A DNA stretch of 64,000 nt from Spirochaetota bacterium (lineage in GTDB: Bacteria; Spirochaetota; Brachyspiria; Brachyspirales; JACRPF01), in assembly GCA_016214035.1 (NCBI GenBank), contig JACRPF010000020.1:68800-132799 (forward strand), in the 5' to 3' direction. Position 1 is the first letter of the stretch. Every line of letters begins with the position of its first letter. The notes under the pieces were generated by a model. The model did not search any database. It saw only the letters and a list, made by a program, of their open reading frames with translations, and was not told the DNA's origin. Shown piece after piece: positions 39,801-48,320 of the stretch. The translations under genes were made by a program, and so were the position numbers.

Positions 39801-40629
39801 GGTGCGCATCGCCCGGCTTCCTCCGGCGGAGCAGGGCATTGTGCGCATCAGCATCGTCGATGTGAGTGAACGGGTGCGCATTGAAGAGGAGCGGCAGAAA
39901 CACACACGGGCGTTACTCCAGAACGACAAGCTTAAAGCCCTGGGAGAACTCGCCGCGGGTATGGCGCACGAGATAGCCCAGCCGCTTACGGGAATAGGAC
40001 TGGCCGCCGAGAGCACGCTCTCCAGACTGCATGACGCCGGCGCCGCGGGTGATTACGCCCGAAAAAAAATCAACGATATCGCCGATTACGTGGAACGCAT
40101 CAAACGCATCATCGACCATGTGCGCACCTTTTCGCGCGAACGGACACTCGAGCTGAAAAGCGGCTGTGACGCCCGCGAAAGCATACAGAACGCGCTGTCG
40201 CTCGTGGGAACGCAGTACCGCAACCACAGCATCATCATTGAAACAGCGATCTCCGCGGCTCCGCTTATCATAAACGGGAACATCTATGAACTGGAACAGG
40301 TCATATTGAACCTGCTAGCAAATGCGAAATATGCGGTCGAGGCACGCGCGGGTAAAAATACTGCCGGGTACGGTAAAAAGATACACATCAGCGCGATTCG
40401 CAATGACAACAACGTTATCATCGAGATACGTGATAATGGCATCGGCATCCCTGCGGAAAACATCGAAAAGATATTCACACCGTTTTTCACCACAAAGCCC
40501 ATCAACGAAGGAACCGGGCTCGGCCTTTCAGTAAGCTTAGGCATACTGCAGGCGATGAAAGGCACGATAACCGTAGAAAGTGTGCCGGATGAATTTACAC
40601 TGGCACGCATTTCGCTGCCGGCGACATAA
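36835..40629 (+). CDS. Receiver-PAS-GAF-PAS histidine kinase (1264 aa)
   Basis: N-terminal REC (ILIVEDEYII..LMDIMLDG), PAS/GAF repeats, H-box AGMAHEIAQPLTG and HATPase RDNGIGIP..GTGLGLSV. ATGA overlap with the previous kinase. Confidence 0.9.
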   Translation: MTPISILIVEDEYIIAQDIAERITQLGYRAAGRAARFEDAVALAKSAMPDLILMDIMLDGTRDGIDTARAIREEHDIPVIFITAYADDAMIKRATAVAPYGYLIKPFNDRELAAAIETALYRASIERALKSSEARFKALFEHSPVAAWETDFSAVASFFQTIRDKGVEDIPGYFTEHPEELLHTIGLIRAVHVNRESTRVFGTTDDSAPPSLVRILCEESYPVMRTMLAVLADGKTDYSDELAVLFPDGTRHVISFTLVVMPGEKPLTSAVLSFSDITERRQAQSYMKEYRRQERVLTDVTHALAKCTTADDIYNYVATVLKREAGADFITVSGYNRHTGTSSVRVLQGFGDLITKIIETVHIDPNDIGISEKEMGDLAPLYKSGRLERIPGGLQDLVAGHLPAQLMAVVERMMGVRSVYCVGFTWDNKLYGGVTFLYKTDTAPRNEELIALITAAAGTALRRKYAEDALRDSEEMMRATIEQSADGILIADAEGRIIEWNKGLETIIGYTRDDIIGTYMWDFQYRIMAVKDGTLRDELKTAFRKSPDISSRTWMNRPIGYDIQTKAGEFKTIELIAYPISLGRGMFYGIDIRDTTAQKKTELETENRRRFLESLIEVIPTPIFYKALDGTYIGCNSAFADLIGAARADIQGKTVFETDTVYAPKHHENDVRVYKDGVSVTYECQMNTPQGLRECVFYKAPFTGADGKITGLVGAVIDMTERNRREHALEEQRRLLQVLSVYQKNLFLLNTEETIRETIHVLMSFAPVVSFFVINAAQKTVLCAWDSDKGYHREDTTLENLAGSFVCDVIEQKVPLFIKNTETAVFRNTLEKSTIEASRLKSMLYYPILVDNTCLGLLTVGGRDEDDIGDNAWRYLSIIAPVVGLALTKSRLFEQAQQNEAWYRTLIETAPEAVIIYNIRTCEIIDCNEPGIRLFRYNSKDAVLGVNNENTSDKYLARFLNEHYTDFVTADSVLNAVIYTAADTAVPCEVRIARLPPAEQGIVRISIVDVSERVRIEEERQKHTRALLQNDKLKALGELAAGMAHEIAQPLTGIGLAAESTLSRLHDAGAAGDYARKKINDIADYVERIKRIIDHVRTFSRERTLELKSGCDARESIQNALSLVGTQYRNHSIIIETAISAAPLIINGNIYELEQVILNLLANAKYAVEARAGKNTAGYGKKIHISAIRNDNNVIIEIRDNGIGIPAENIEKIFTPFFTTKPINEGTGLGLSVSLGILQAMKGTITVESVPDEFTLARISLPAT

Positions 40630-40682
40630 TACCGGGATCCGGCAAACGTTCCCGGCTGGATACGGGCACCTGTTTCCTGCTG

Positions 40683-42032
40683 CTACTTACGAGCCATCAA
40701 GCGTGACAGGAGCAGCGCCATTTCAAGCGACTGCTCATAGTTCAGCCTCGGGTCCACCTGCGTGCGGTAGTCCCGGGAGAGGTCAGCCTCGGTGATGCCC
40801 GATGCGCCGCCGATGCATTCGGTGACATCGTCGCCGGTAAGTTCAAAGTGCACGCCGCCCAGATGCGTCCCCGCGTCCGAGAGAATGCTGAACGCATGTT
40901 CGAGTTCATTCAGGACATTGTCAAAACGCCGCGTCTTGATCCCGGAGGCCGTTGTCTCCGTATTGCCGTGCATGGGGTCGGAACACCAGAGCACTTTGGC
41001 GCCGCTTTTAATCACCGCATCCGCGATGGGCGGCAATGCCGCCGCAATGTGCTTTGCGCCGAAGCGCATGATGAATGTAAGCTTACCGGGGATATTGTCC
41101 GGGTTCAATACCGAGCACAGCTCACAGACCTCGCCCGGCGGTGTTGCCGCGTCTATCTTCACGCCGATGGGATTCTCGATGCCGCGAAAATATTCTATAT
41201 GCGCCCCGTCGAGCGCGCGCGTCCGGTTGCCTATCCACGGCAGATGCGTGGTCAGATTATACCACCCGGTGCGCCGCGGCACGCGTCGTGTATGCGCCTG
41301 CTCGTAGAGGAGATGCAGCCCTTCATGACTGGTGAAAAAATCCACCCGTGAGCTGTCGCCGAGACTGCCGCCGGTAAGCGTCTCCATGAACCGGAGCGAT
41401 TCGCCTATCGAATCGACCATGCGCGTATATTCATTCATGAGCGGCGAGTTATGCACAAATCCCAGGCGCCAGAGTTCGGGGTGATGCAGATCGGCAAAAC
41501 CGCCGTCGATGAGCGCGCGGATGAAGTTGAGCGTGAGCCCCGCGTGTTCGTAGCCCCTGAGGAGCAGTTCCGGGTCCGGTATCCGCGACTCGGGAGTGAA
41601 CTCCATGCCGTTGATCATGTCGCCGCGATAGGACGGCAGCGTGACGCCGTTACGCGTCTCCATGTCCGACGAACGCGGTTTCGCGTACTGTCCGGCAAAG
41701 CGGCCGATGCGTATCACGCGTTTCTTGCCGCCCTGGACGATGACGAGACTCATCTGCAGCAGTATTTTCAGTTTCGAGCTGATGGCGTCCGATTCGCAGT
41801 CGCTGAAATTCTCGGAACAATCCCCGCCCTGGAGCAGAAAGCGTTCGCCGCGCGCGGCCTCGGCAAGCTGCTGCCGGAGGAGTTCAATCTCAAAGCTCGT
41901 GACCAGCGGCGGCAGACTGGCAAGCTGCGCGATGGCCGCATCAAGCTTTATCCGATCCGGATAGTTCGGCTGCTGCTGTGCGGTCTTCCGCTGCCAGCTG
42001 TCCGGCGACCAGGGTTGACTCTTTATGACCAT
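40683..42032 (-). CDS. 3-deoxy-7-phosphoheptulonate (DAHP) synthase, class II
   Basis: N-terminus WSPDSWQRKTAQQQPNYPD and the 449-aa length are typical of class II DAHP synthases. Confidence 0.9.
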   Translation of the reverse strand: MVIKSQPWSPDSWQRKTAQQQPNYPDRIKLDAAIAQLASLPPLVTSFEIELLRQQLAEAARGERFLLQGGDCSENFSDCESDAISSKLKILLQMSLVIVQGGKKRVIRIGRFAGQYAKPRSSDMETRNGVTLPSYRGDMINGMEFTPESRIPDPELLLRGYEHAGLTLNFIRALIDGGFADLHHPELWRLGFVHNSPLMNEYTRMVDSIGESLRFMETLTGGSLGDSSRVDFFTSHEGLHLLYEQAHTRRVPRRTGWYNLTTHLPWIGNRTRALDGAHIEYFRGIENPIGVKIDAATPPGEVCELCSVLNPDNIPGKLTFIMRFGAKHIAAALPPIADAVIKSGAKVLWCSDPMHGNTETTASGIKTRRFDNVLNELEHAFSILSDAGTHLGGVHFELTGDDVTECIGGASGITEADLSRDYRTQVDPRLNYEQSLEMALLLSRLMARK

Positions 42033-44578
42033 TTTATCAACTTCATCTCGAACTTATAGCTGATATCCTCGTGGTACGGGAACACGCGTATCGCGTAGCC
42101 GTTCTGTCCCGTGATGGAGCAGGGTATCTCGCCGCGGAATACATATTTTCCTTTACCCGCTTCGCGCGAGAACGCCATGGGTATGGCGGTTCCTTTCGTT
42201 ATCTCACCCTGGCGATTGAGCACGCCGTTATAGATCTCCACCTTCACCGAATCCGCGGCGATGGAGCCGAGTGCGACAACCGCTTCAACGGCGAACGACA
42301 TGCCCACCTCTATCTTCTCGGGTGATTCGGCGCTCACCGATTCAATGCGCACATTGTCCCAGGCGTGCTGTATGCCGTCCTTCCACTGCGCGAGTTTTTT
42401 CGTATGTTCAAAATTATTCTCCGCCATGCGCATCGCCTTCCGGTGCGCCGGCTGATAGAACATGCGCGTATAGTCCTGCACCATGCGGTTGGTGTTGAAC
42501 ACCGGGCACACGCTCATGATCGACGACTTCATTTTCTTCACCCAGCCGCGCGGTATCTCGCCATGCGTGCGGTCGTAGAAAAGCGGGATGATGTCCTTCT
42601 CAAGCACATTATAGAGCGCCCGCGATTCCACATCGTCCTGATATTTATATTCGGTATATTCCTCGCCGCGGCCGATGGCCCAGCCGTTCTCGCCGTTGTA
42701 GGCCTCATCCCACCAGCCGTCGAGTATCGAGAGGTTGATGACACCGTTGACCGGCCCCTTCATGCCGCTCGTGCCGCTCGCCTCTTCCGGACGCCGCGGA
42801 TTGTTGAGCCAGATATCCACGCCCTGCACGAGATACCGCGCCACATTGATGTCGTAGTCCTCGATGAAGACCACATGATTGCGGAACTCGTCGCGCCGCG
42901 CTATCTGCGAAAGATACCGGATGATTTCCTTACCCTCGTTGTCGTGCGGATGCGCTTTTCCGGCGAAAATAATCTGCACCGGACATTCTTTATTGGCGAG
43001 AATCTTCTTGATGCGTTCAAGGTCATGGAATATGAGCGAACCGCGCTTGTAGGTGGCGAAGCGCCGCGAGAACCCGATGGTGAGCGATTCAGTGTCGAGA
43101 ATGGAATCGGCGCCTTCAATCTCGCTCTGCGGATAGCCTTTCTGCCGCATCTGTTCCTTCACCCGTTCGCGAACGAACGATATGAGACGCTCCTTGCGCC
43201 GCTCGTGGATGCGCCAGATCTCCGCGTCGGGGATCTGTTCGATGCGCCGCCAATGTTCCCAGTTCACCGGGTCGGTGCGCCACTTGGGACTCAGATAACG
43301 GTCATAGAGCCCCTGCATCTCGAATGAAATCCATGATTCGGTATGTATGCCGTTGGTGATGTGCGCAATCGGCAGCTCATCCACCGGCACGTCGGGCCAC
43401 ACGCGCTGCCACATATGCCGCGAGACGACACCGTGCAGCTTGCTCACGCCGTTGGCGAACGCCGAGCAGTTGAGCGCGAGCACGGTCATGCAGAAGTTCT
43501 CGTTGACGTCGTCCGGATTCTGCCGTCCCCAGCGGAGGAAACGATCGATCTTGAGACCGAACCGCTCCACATACTCGGTGAAATATTTATGCATGAGCGC
43601 GCTGGTGAACGAATCGTTGCCCGCCGGCACCGGCGTGTGCGTGGTAAATACACTCGTCGCATAGACAATCTGCGCCGCGTCGAAGAGCGAGAGATTTTTC
43701 TCCTGCACGTACATGCGCATGCGCTCTATCGTGAGGAATGCGCTGTGTCCTTCATTCATATGGTAGACGGTCGGTTCGATGCCGAGTTTCTTGAATGCGC
43801 GCACACCGCCCACGCCGAGGAGAATCTCCTGCTTGATGCGCATCTCGCGGTCGCCGCCGTACAGCTGCGAGGTGATGTGACGGTCTTCGGGGCTGTTGTC
43901 CTCGATGTTGGTGTCGAGGAAATAGAGGTCCACACGGCCTATCTTCGCCTTCCAGATGAGCGCCCAGACCTTGCGGCCGGGAAGATCAATATCGATCTTG
44001 AGCTGATTTTTATTTGCATCGCAGCATATCTCAAGCGGCAGATTGTAGAAATCGTTCTCGATGTCGTATTCCTGCTGCCATCCGTCGGCGTTCAGGTACT
44101 GCCGGAAGTAGCCGCGGCTGTAGAGCAGCCCCATCGCCACGAGCGGAATACCGAGGTCGCTTGCCGATTTCAGATGGTCACCGGAAAGGACGCCGAGACC
44201 GCCGGAATAAATGGGCAGCGATTCATGTATGCCGTATTCGAATGAAAAATATGCGATGGTAAAACGGCTGTTGGTGTCGCGGAAACTGTCGTACCAGGCC
44301 GGACGCGACATATATTCTTTAAAATCGGCGTGTACGCGGCCAAGCTCCGTCATGAACGCATCGTCGCCCACGAGATTTGCGAGCGTCTGCTGCGCCACCG
44401 AGCCGAGCGTCTTGGTGGGATTGTGAAGCTGTTTCTCCCAGACATCGCGGTCGATGCGGCGGAGCAGGTTCACCGCACCGAGATCCCATGACCACCAGTA
44501 ATTCTGCGTGATCTCCTTGAGCGGCGCAAGTTCCTTCGGCACCGATGAAGATACGAGATATTTTTTTATCGTCGGCAT
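42023..44578 (-). CDS. glgP: Alpha-glucan phosphorylase (GT35)
   Basis: 851 aa with PLP-site motif EASGTSGMKGPVNG and GIHESLPIYSGGLGVLSGDHLKSASD. Confidence 0.9.
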   Translation of the reverse strand: MPTIKKYLVSSSVPKELAPLKEITQNYWWSWDLGAVNLLRRIDRDVWEKQLHNPTKTLGSVAQQTLANLVGDDAFMTELGRVHADFKEYMSRPAWYDSFRDTNSRFTIAYFSFEYGIHESLPIYSGGLGVLSGDHLKSASDLGIPLVAMGLLYSRGYFRQYLNADGWQQEYDIENDFYNLPLEICCDANKNQLKIDIDLPGRKVWALIWKAKIGRVDLYFLDTNIEDNSPEDRHITSQLYGGDREMRIKQEILLGVGGVRAFKKLGIEPTVYHMNEGHSAFLTIERMRMYVQEKNLSLFDAAQIVYATSVFTTHTPVPAGNDSFTSALMHKYFTEYVERFGLKIDRFLRWGRQNPDDVNENFCMTVLALNCSAFANGVSKLHGVVSRHMWQRVWPDVPVDELPIAHITNGIHTESWISFEMQGLYDRYLSPKWRTDPVNWEHWRRIEQIPDAEIWRIHERRKERLISFVRERVKEQMRQKGYPQSEIEGADSILDTESLTIGFSRRFATYKRGSLIFHDLERIKKILANKECPVQIIFAGKAHPHDNEGKEIIRYLSQIARRDEFRNHVVFIEDYDINVARYLVQGVDIWLNNPRRPEEASGTSGMKGPVNGVINLSILDGWWDEAYNGENGWAIGRGEEYTEYKYQDDVESRALYNVLEKDIIPLFYDRTHGEIPRGWVKKMKSSIMSVCPVFNTNRMVQDYTRMFYQPAHRKAMRMAENNFEHTKKLAQWKDGIQHAWDNVRIESVSAESPEKIEVGMSFAVEAVVALGSIAADSVKVEIYNGVLNRQGEITKGTAIPMAFSREAGKGKYVFRGEIPCSITGQNGYAIRVFPYHEDISYKFEMKLIKWS

Positions 44579-44603
44579 TGGGTATTCCTCTCTCAGACAC
44601 GCG

Positions 44604-45851
44604 TCATGCGTTCAAATATTCGATCTCTTGCGTTACCATTTCCTCAAGCGTCTGCGCCCGGCGTATCACGCGCGACTTCGCGCCGTCGACCATTATCTCT
44701 GCGATATGTTCACGTCCGTTGTAATTGCTCGACATTGAATAACCGTAACCGCCCGTTCCCATAAGCGCGATGTAGTCCCCGGCTGCCACCACCGGCATGA
44801 CGCGGTCTTTCGTGAAATAGTCAGAGCTTTCGCAGATAGGGCCGACAACGTCGGCGGAGAATGTTTTTTTAGAATCGACAAGCGGCAGCACTTCGTGATG
44901 CGCGTCATACAGCGCTACGCGTTGAAAGTCATTCATCCCCGCGTCAACGGCGACGAATATCTTCTCGCCTTCTTCTTTGATATAGATAACTTTCATAATT
45001 AGCGCGGCGGATTCTGCCACAAGGTAACGTCCCGGCTCTACGATGATGGTCACGCCGAGCGATGCGAGCAGCGGTATGACATCGCGCTTGTATGTCTCGA
45101 AATCAAACGGCGCATCGCCTTTTTTGTACGGCACGCCGATGCCGCCGCCGATATCAAGCGAGGTGACAGCGAACCCTTCACCCTTGAGCCACGTAAGTAC
45201 GTCCTTCGCCTTCATGATGGCGTCATAGTAGGGCTTCGCCTTCATTATCTGCGAACCCAGATGCATGGCGATACCGGTAAGCCGTACGTTTGTAAGTCCG
45301 CGTATCATCGCGGCATTCTTTTTCACCGTTTCAAAACTGACGCCGAACTTGTTGCCTTTTTTGCCCGTGGTTATCTTGTGATGCGTATCCGCGGCAACAT
45401 CCGGATTGATGCGTATGGCGATATCAACTTTTCTACCGTAGTCCGCGGCGATGCTGTTGATCGCGGCGATCTCCGGAATGGATTCCGTGTTGATGAGCCG
45501 TATACCCCGCTCGATGGCGTAGCGCAGTTCCTCTTCCGTCTTTGCGACGCCGGAGAACACCACTTTCTTCGGATCACCGCCCGCCTTGAGATACCGGTAG
45601 AGTTCTCCGCGCGATATGATATCGGCGCCGAGGCCCTCCCCGGCAATGACGTTCAGTATGCTCAGGTTGTTGTTCACCTTCACCGCATACGCCAGCACCG
45701 CGTCCACCGGAGCAAAAAGATCCTTGAGCGTCGCTATGCGTTCCTTGATGACCTTCCTGGAATAGACATAGAACGGTGTGGGATAATCTTTGGTAAGACC
45801 GGCAAGCGCGGTATCTTCACAGTAGAGCTGTCCGTCACGGTACGAAAACAT
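44604..45851 (-). CDS. lysA: Diaminopimelate decarboxylase
   Basis: YAVKVNNNLSIL (PLP lysine region), GGGIGVPY, EPGRYLVAESA and VVGPICESSD. Confidence 0.95.
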   Translation of the reverse strand: MFSYRDGQLYCEDTALAGLTKDYPTPFYVYSRKVIKERIATLKDLFAPVDAVLAYAVKVNNNLSILNVIAGEGLGADIISRGELYRYLKAGGDPKKVVFSGVAKTEEELRYAIERGIRLINTESIPEIAAINSIAADYGRKVDIAIRINPDVAADTHHKITTGKKGNKFGVSFETVKKNAAMIRGLTNVRLTGIAMHLGSQIMKAKPYYDAIMKAKDVLTWLKGEGFAVTSLDIGGGIGVPYKKGDAPFDFETYKRDVIPLLASLGVTIIVEPGRYLVAESAALIMKVIYIKEEGEKIFVAVDAGMNDFQRVALYDAHHEVLPLVDSKKTFSADVVGPICESSDYFTKDRVMPVVAAGDYIALMGTGGYGYSMSSNYNGREHIAEIMVDGAKSRVIRRAQTLEEMVTQEIEYLNA

Positions 45852-45880
45852 TTTTTTGCTCCATAATATAAAGGTGTATG

Positions 45881-45954
45881 CGCACCCGGCAGGGGTCGAA
45901 CCTGCAACCTCAGGCTTCGGAGGCCTGCGCTCTATCCAGTTGAGCTACGGGTGC
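45881..45954 (-). tRNA. tRNA-Arg (anticodon CCG)
   Basis: Folded by hand: acceptor GCACCCG/CGGGUGC, D stem GCUC/GAGC, anticodon stem CAGGC/GCCUG with loop CUCCGAA, T stem GCAGG/CCUGC with loop UUCGACC, discriminator G. CCA is not encoded. Confidence 0.9.
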
Positions 45955-46470
45955 CTATTCAACGGCACGGGCAACGGCGACTTTGTTCTTTTTGTTATTA
46001 TAGACAATACCGCCGTTCCAATATTCCACGGCGGCAAACAGCGAGTTTCCCCCGTCATTCGGACCGCTTTTTTCGGTCCGCCACGCAACGTATTCCATCA
46101 TCTTCTCAGGGTCACCGCTCTCGAACGCATCCATCCGGTTGCTGAGAAAGGTGTTCCACTTTTCAAGGTCCTGAAATCCATCGCCCTCGTCCTCGACGAT
46201 AAGACGGAACATCTTCTTGTCCGAATTGTACCACACGCGTACTTTTTTCGATTTATCGCATTTATTGCCGTGCAGTACTGCGTTCTTCACGATTTCGGAG
46301 ACCTGCTGTTCAAGCAGATTCTTCTCTTTCAAGTCCTCGATGGCGTTCTTGGTTATCAGCACGGTAAAAAAGCGTATCTGATTGATATCCGAGGCGAATT
46401 CTTTGTAAAACATGCCCTTCGTATCAAATAACTTGTTCTGCTCATCAACTAGTAGTTTTTTTTCAGCCAT
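45955..46470 (-). CDS. Small HATPase-like ATP-binding protein (anti-sigma regulatory kinase-like)
   Basis: EIVKNAVLHGN..RLIVEDEGDGF motif order. About 42% GC in a sampled line. Its TAG stop (45955-45957) directly abuts the tRNA 5' end. Confidence 0.6.
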   Translation of the reverse strand: MAEKKLLVDEQNKLFDTKGMFYKEFASDINQIRFFTVLITKNAIEDLKEKNLLEQQVSEIVKNAVLHGNKCDKSKKVRVWYNSDKKMFRLIVEDEGDGFQDLEKWNTFLSNRMDAFESGDPEKMMEYVAWRTEKSGPNDGGNSLFAAVEYWNGGIVYNNKKNKVAVARAVE

Positions 46471-46627
46471 TCGTGCCAGTCCTTGCGTAACGTCTCATCG
46501 GAATTCTGAGAACCGTACCGAACTTTTGATACGAAATGCAATATACTTCAAAAAATCGAAAAATGCAAGGACCGACAAAAATACGCTATGCCGCAGGGAT
46601 GAATGCAGTCACCTGTCCGGCACCGCG

Positions 46628-47503
46628 CTACAGAACGATTGCCGCAGTTTTTTGCCGGTATGCACTTGGTGTCATACCGCGGAGCCGCCGGTAGGTCCGC
46701 GAGAAAAACAGCGGGTCGTCATATCCGGACTTGAATGCCGCTTCACGGAGCGTCATCCCCGGCTCCCGCATGAGCCGTTCAGCCTCGTCAAGACGCATAT
46801 CGATGAGGAGTTCCTTGAACGTCTTTCCCGCACAGGTGCGGAACAGCTGCGCCACGGTGGTCTTCCCGAGTCCGGCGACGGAGGCTACATCGGCAACGCT
46901 CAGACGCTCGCGGAAATGGGCGCGCATATACTCCATCACCAGTTCGTATTTTTCATCGGTGCGTATGCGTACCAGTTTATGGTCGATGATATGATGCACC
47001 AGTATCTCGAACAGATTGAGAATGCTGTTCACTTCAAGGCGGCTGTAGGTGCGTTTCTTTTTCAGAAGTCCGGCAAACTTCCCCATGACCGCTTTGCCCG
47101 ACAGCGCTATCTGGCCGAGCATGATATATGCGCAGAGCACATGGTGCGCGTACACGGGATGCACTGCCTCAAGCAGTCCGCCGTGGCAGATATGCGATAC
47201 GGTCTTTTTTTCGGCACGGGCCCGTTCAAAAAGCGTTCTATCGGATCTATCGCAGGCCGCCAGCCCCTGCGCCGTGCCCTTTACCGTCCGGCAATACGGT
47301 ATCTGCCGCTGAGCGCCGCCGGTGATGATGCGCTCTCCTTTTTCATTGAACACCGTGATGCGAAGGTCGAAGCATGCGGCGAATGCGTCAAGCGCTTTCG
47401 GTAGTTCCGATGAAAGCATGATGGTTGAGACCGGTGAATGCCGCATCATGTAATTATAGCCTATACGCGGACAAAAGTCCATACAACACGTATGATAATC
47501 CAT
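46628..47503 (-). CDS. AraC-family regulator with PocR-like sensory domain
   Basis: N-terminal Cys/His-containing PocR-like region (ACDRSDR..HICHGGLLEAV). C-terminal AraC HTH (VADVASVAGLGKTTVAQLFR..SGYDDPLFFSRTYRR). Confidence 0.8.
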   Translation of the reverse strand: MDYHTCCMDFCPRIGYNYMMRHSPVSTIMLSSELPKALDAFAACFDLRITVFNEKGERIITGGAQRQIPYCRTVKGTAQGLAACDRSDRTLFERARAEKKTVSHICHGGLLEAVHPVYAHHVLCAYIMLGQIALSGKAVMGKFAGLLKKKRTYSRLEVNSILNLFEILVHHIIDHKLVRIRTDEKYELVMEYMRAHFRERLSVADVASVAGLGKTTVAQLFRTCAGKTFKELLIDMRLDEAERLMREPGMTLREAAFKSGYDDPLFFSRTYRRLRGMTPSAYRQKTAAIVL

Positions 47504-47566
47504 CGCACAAAGGCACGGGAATGATTATATTAAATTAGCATGAACGGCACACAAGGAGATGATGCA

Positions 47567-48313
47567 ATGACAATCGAAATAGCGAAGACAAAAGAAGCGC
47601 TGGGTGAATCAGCCGCTGAAAAAGCGATGGAACTCATCAACGGCGCAATCCGGAAAAACGGGCACGCCTATTTCATCGCGGCAACCGGCGCGTCGCAGTT
47701 CGAATTCCTCGCGGCACTCACCAAAGATCCGTCACGGGTGGATTGGAAAAAAACGACGATGTTCCATCTCGATGAGTACGTGGGCATACCCGATACGCAT
47801 CCGGCGAGTTTCCGGAAGTATATGCGGGAGCGATTCATCACCAGGGTCAACCCGGGAACGGTTCATCTTATCGAAGGCGATGCAAAAAACACAGCCGCCG
47901 AATGCGCGAGGCTCAAAACGCTCATTTCAAAATGCGTCATCGATGTGGCGTTCGTCGGCATCGGAGAGAACGGACACCTCGCGTTCAACGATCCGCCGGC
48001 GGATTTCACCACAAAAGAACCGTATCTCGTCGTCGATCTTGATGAAAAATGCCGCCGTCAGCAGATGGGTGAAGGCTGGTTCAAAACACTCGCCGATGTG
48101 CCGCCGCAGGCCGTCAGTATGTCGGTAAACGAAATCATGCGTGCGAATGCCGTCATCGCGTCGGTGCCTGATAAACGCAAGGCACAGGCGGTGGCGGACT
48201 GTCTCACCGGACCGGTCACGCCGGAACATCCGTCATCGATATTGCAGCATCATCCGAACGCATTCATTTATCTCGATGCGGCGTCGGCGTCACTGCTGCC
48301 TTCGGCAAAGTAA
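47567..48313 (+). CDS. nagB: Glucosamine-6-phosphate deaminase
   Basis: ATGASQFEFL, FHLDEYVG and GIGENGHLAFNDP. Start set at ATG 47567, 8 nt after AAGGAG. Confidence 0.9.
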   Translation: MTIEIAKTKEALGESAAEKAMELINGAIRKNGHAYFIAATGASQFEFLAALTKDPSRVDWKKTTMFHLDEYVGIPDTHPASFRKYMRERFITRVNPGTVHLIEGDAKNTAAECARLKTLISKCVIDVAFVGIGENGHLAFNDPPADFTTKEPYLVVDLDEKCRRQQMGEGWFKTLADVPPQAVSMSVNEIMRANAVIASVPDKRKAQAVADCLTGPVTPEHPSSILQHHPNAFIYLDAASASLLPSAK

Positions 48314-48320
48314 ACCGGTA

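Noticed and set aside
40601-40616. TGGCAC-gcatt-TCGCT, a sigma54-like -24/-12 match.
   Set aside because: It lies inside the last codons of the 1264-aa kinase gene, the next gene is convergent, and the -12 box is poor.
40632-40655. Hairpin CCGGGA..TCCCGG between the convergent kinase and DAHP synthase genes, considered as a bidirectional terminator.
   Set aside because: It has only a 6-bp stem, a 12-nt loop and no U tract on either strand. The evidence is too weak to annotate.
45881-46470. tRNA-Arg as the attachment site of an integrated element carrying the low-GC kinase-like gene.
   Set aside because: There is no integrase and no direct repeat of the tRNA 3' end. The low-GC gene also lies on the 5' side of the tRNA, not the 3' side where elements usually insert.
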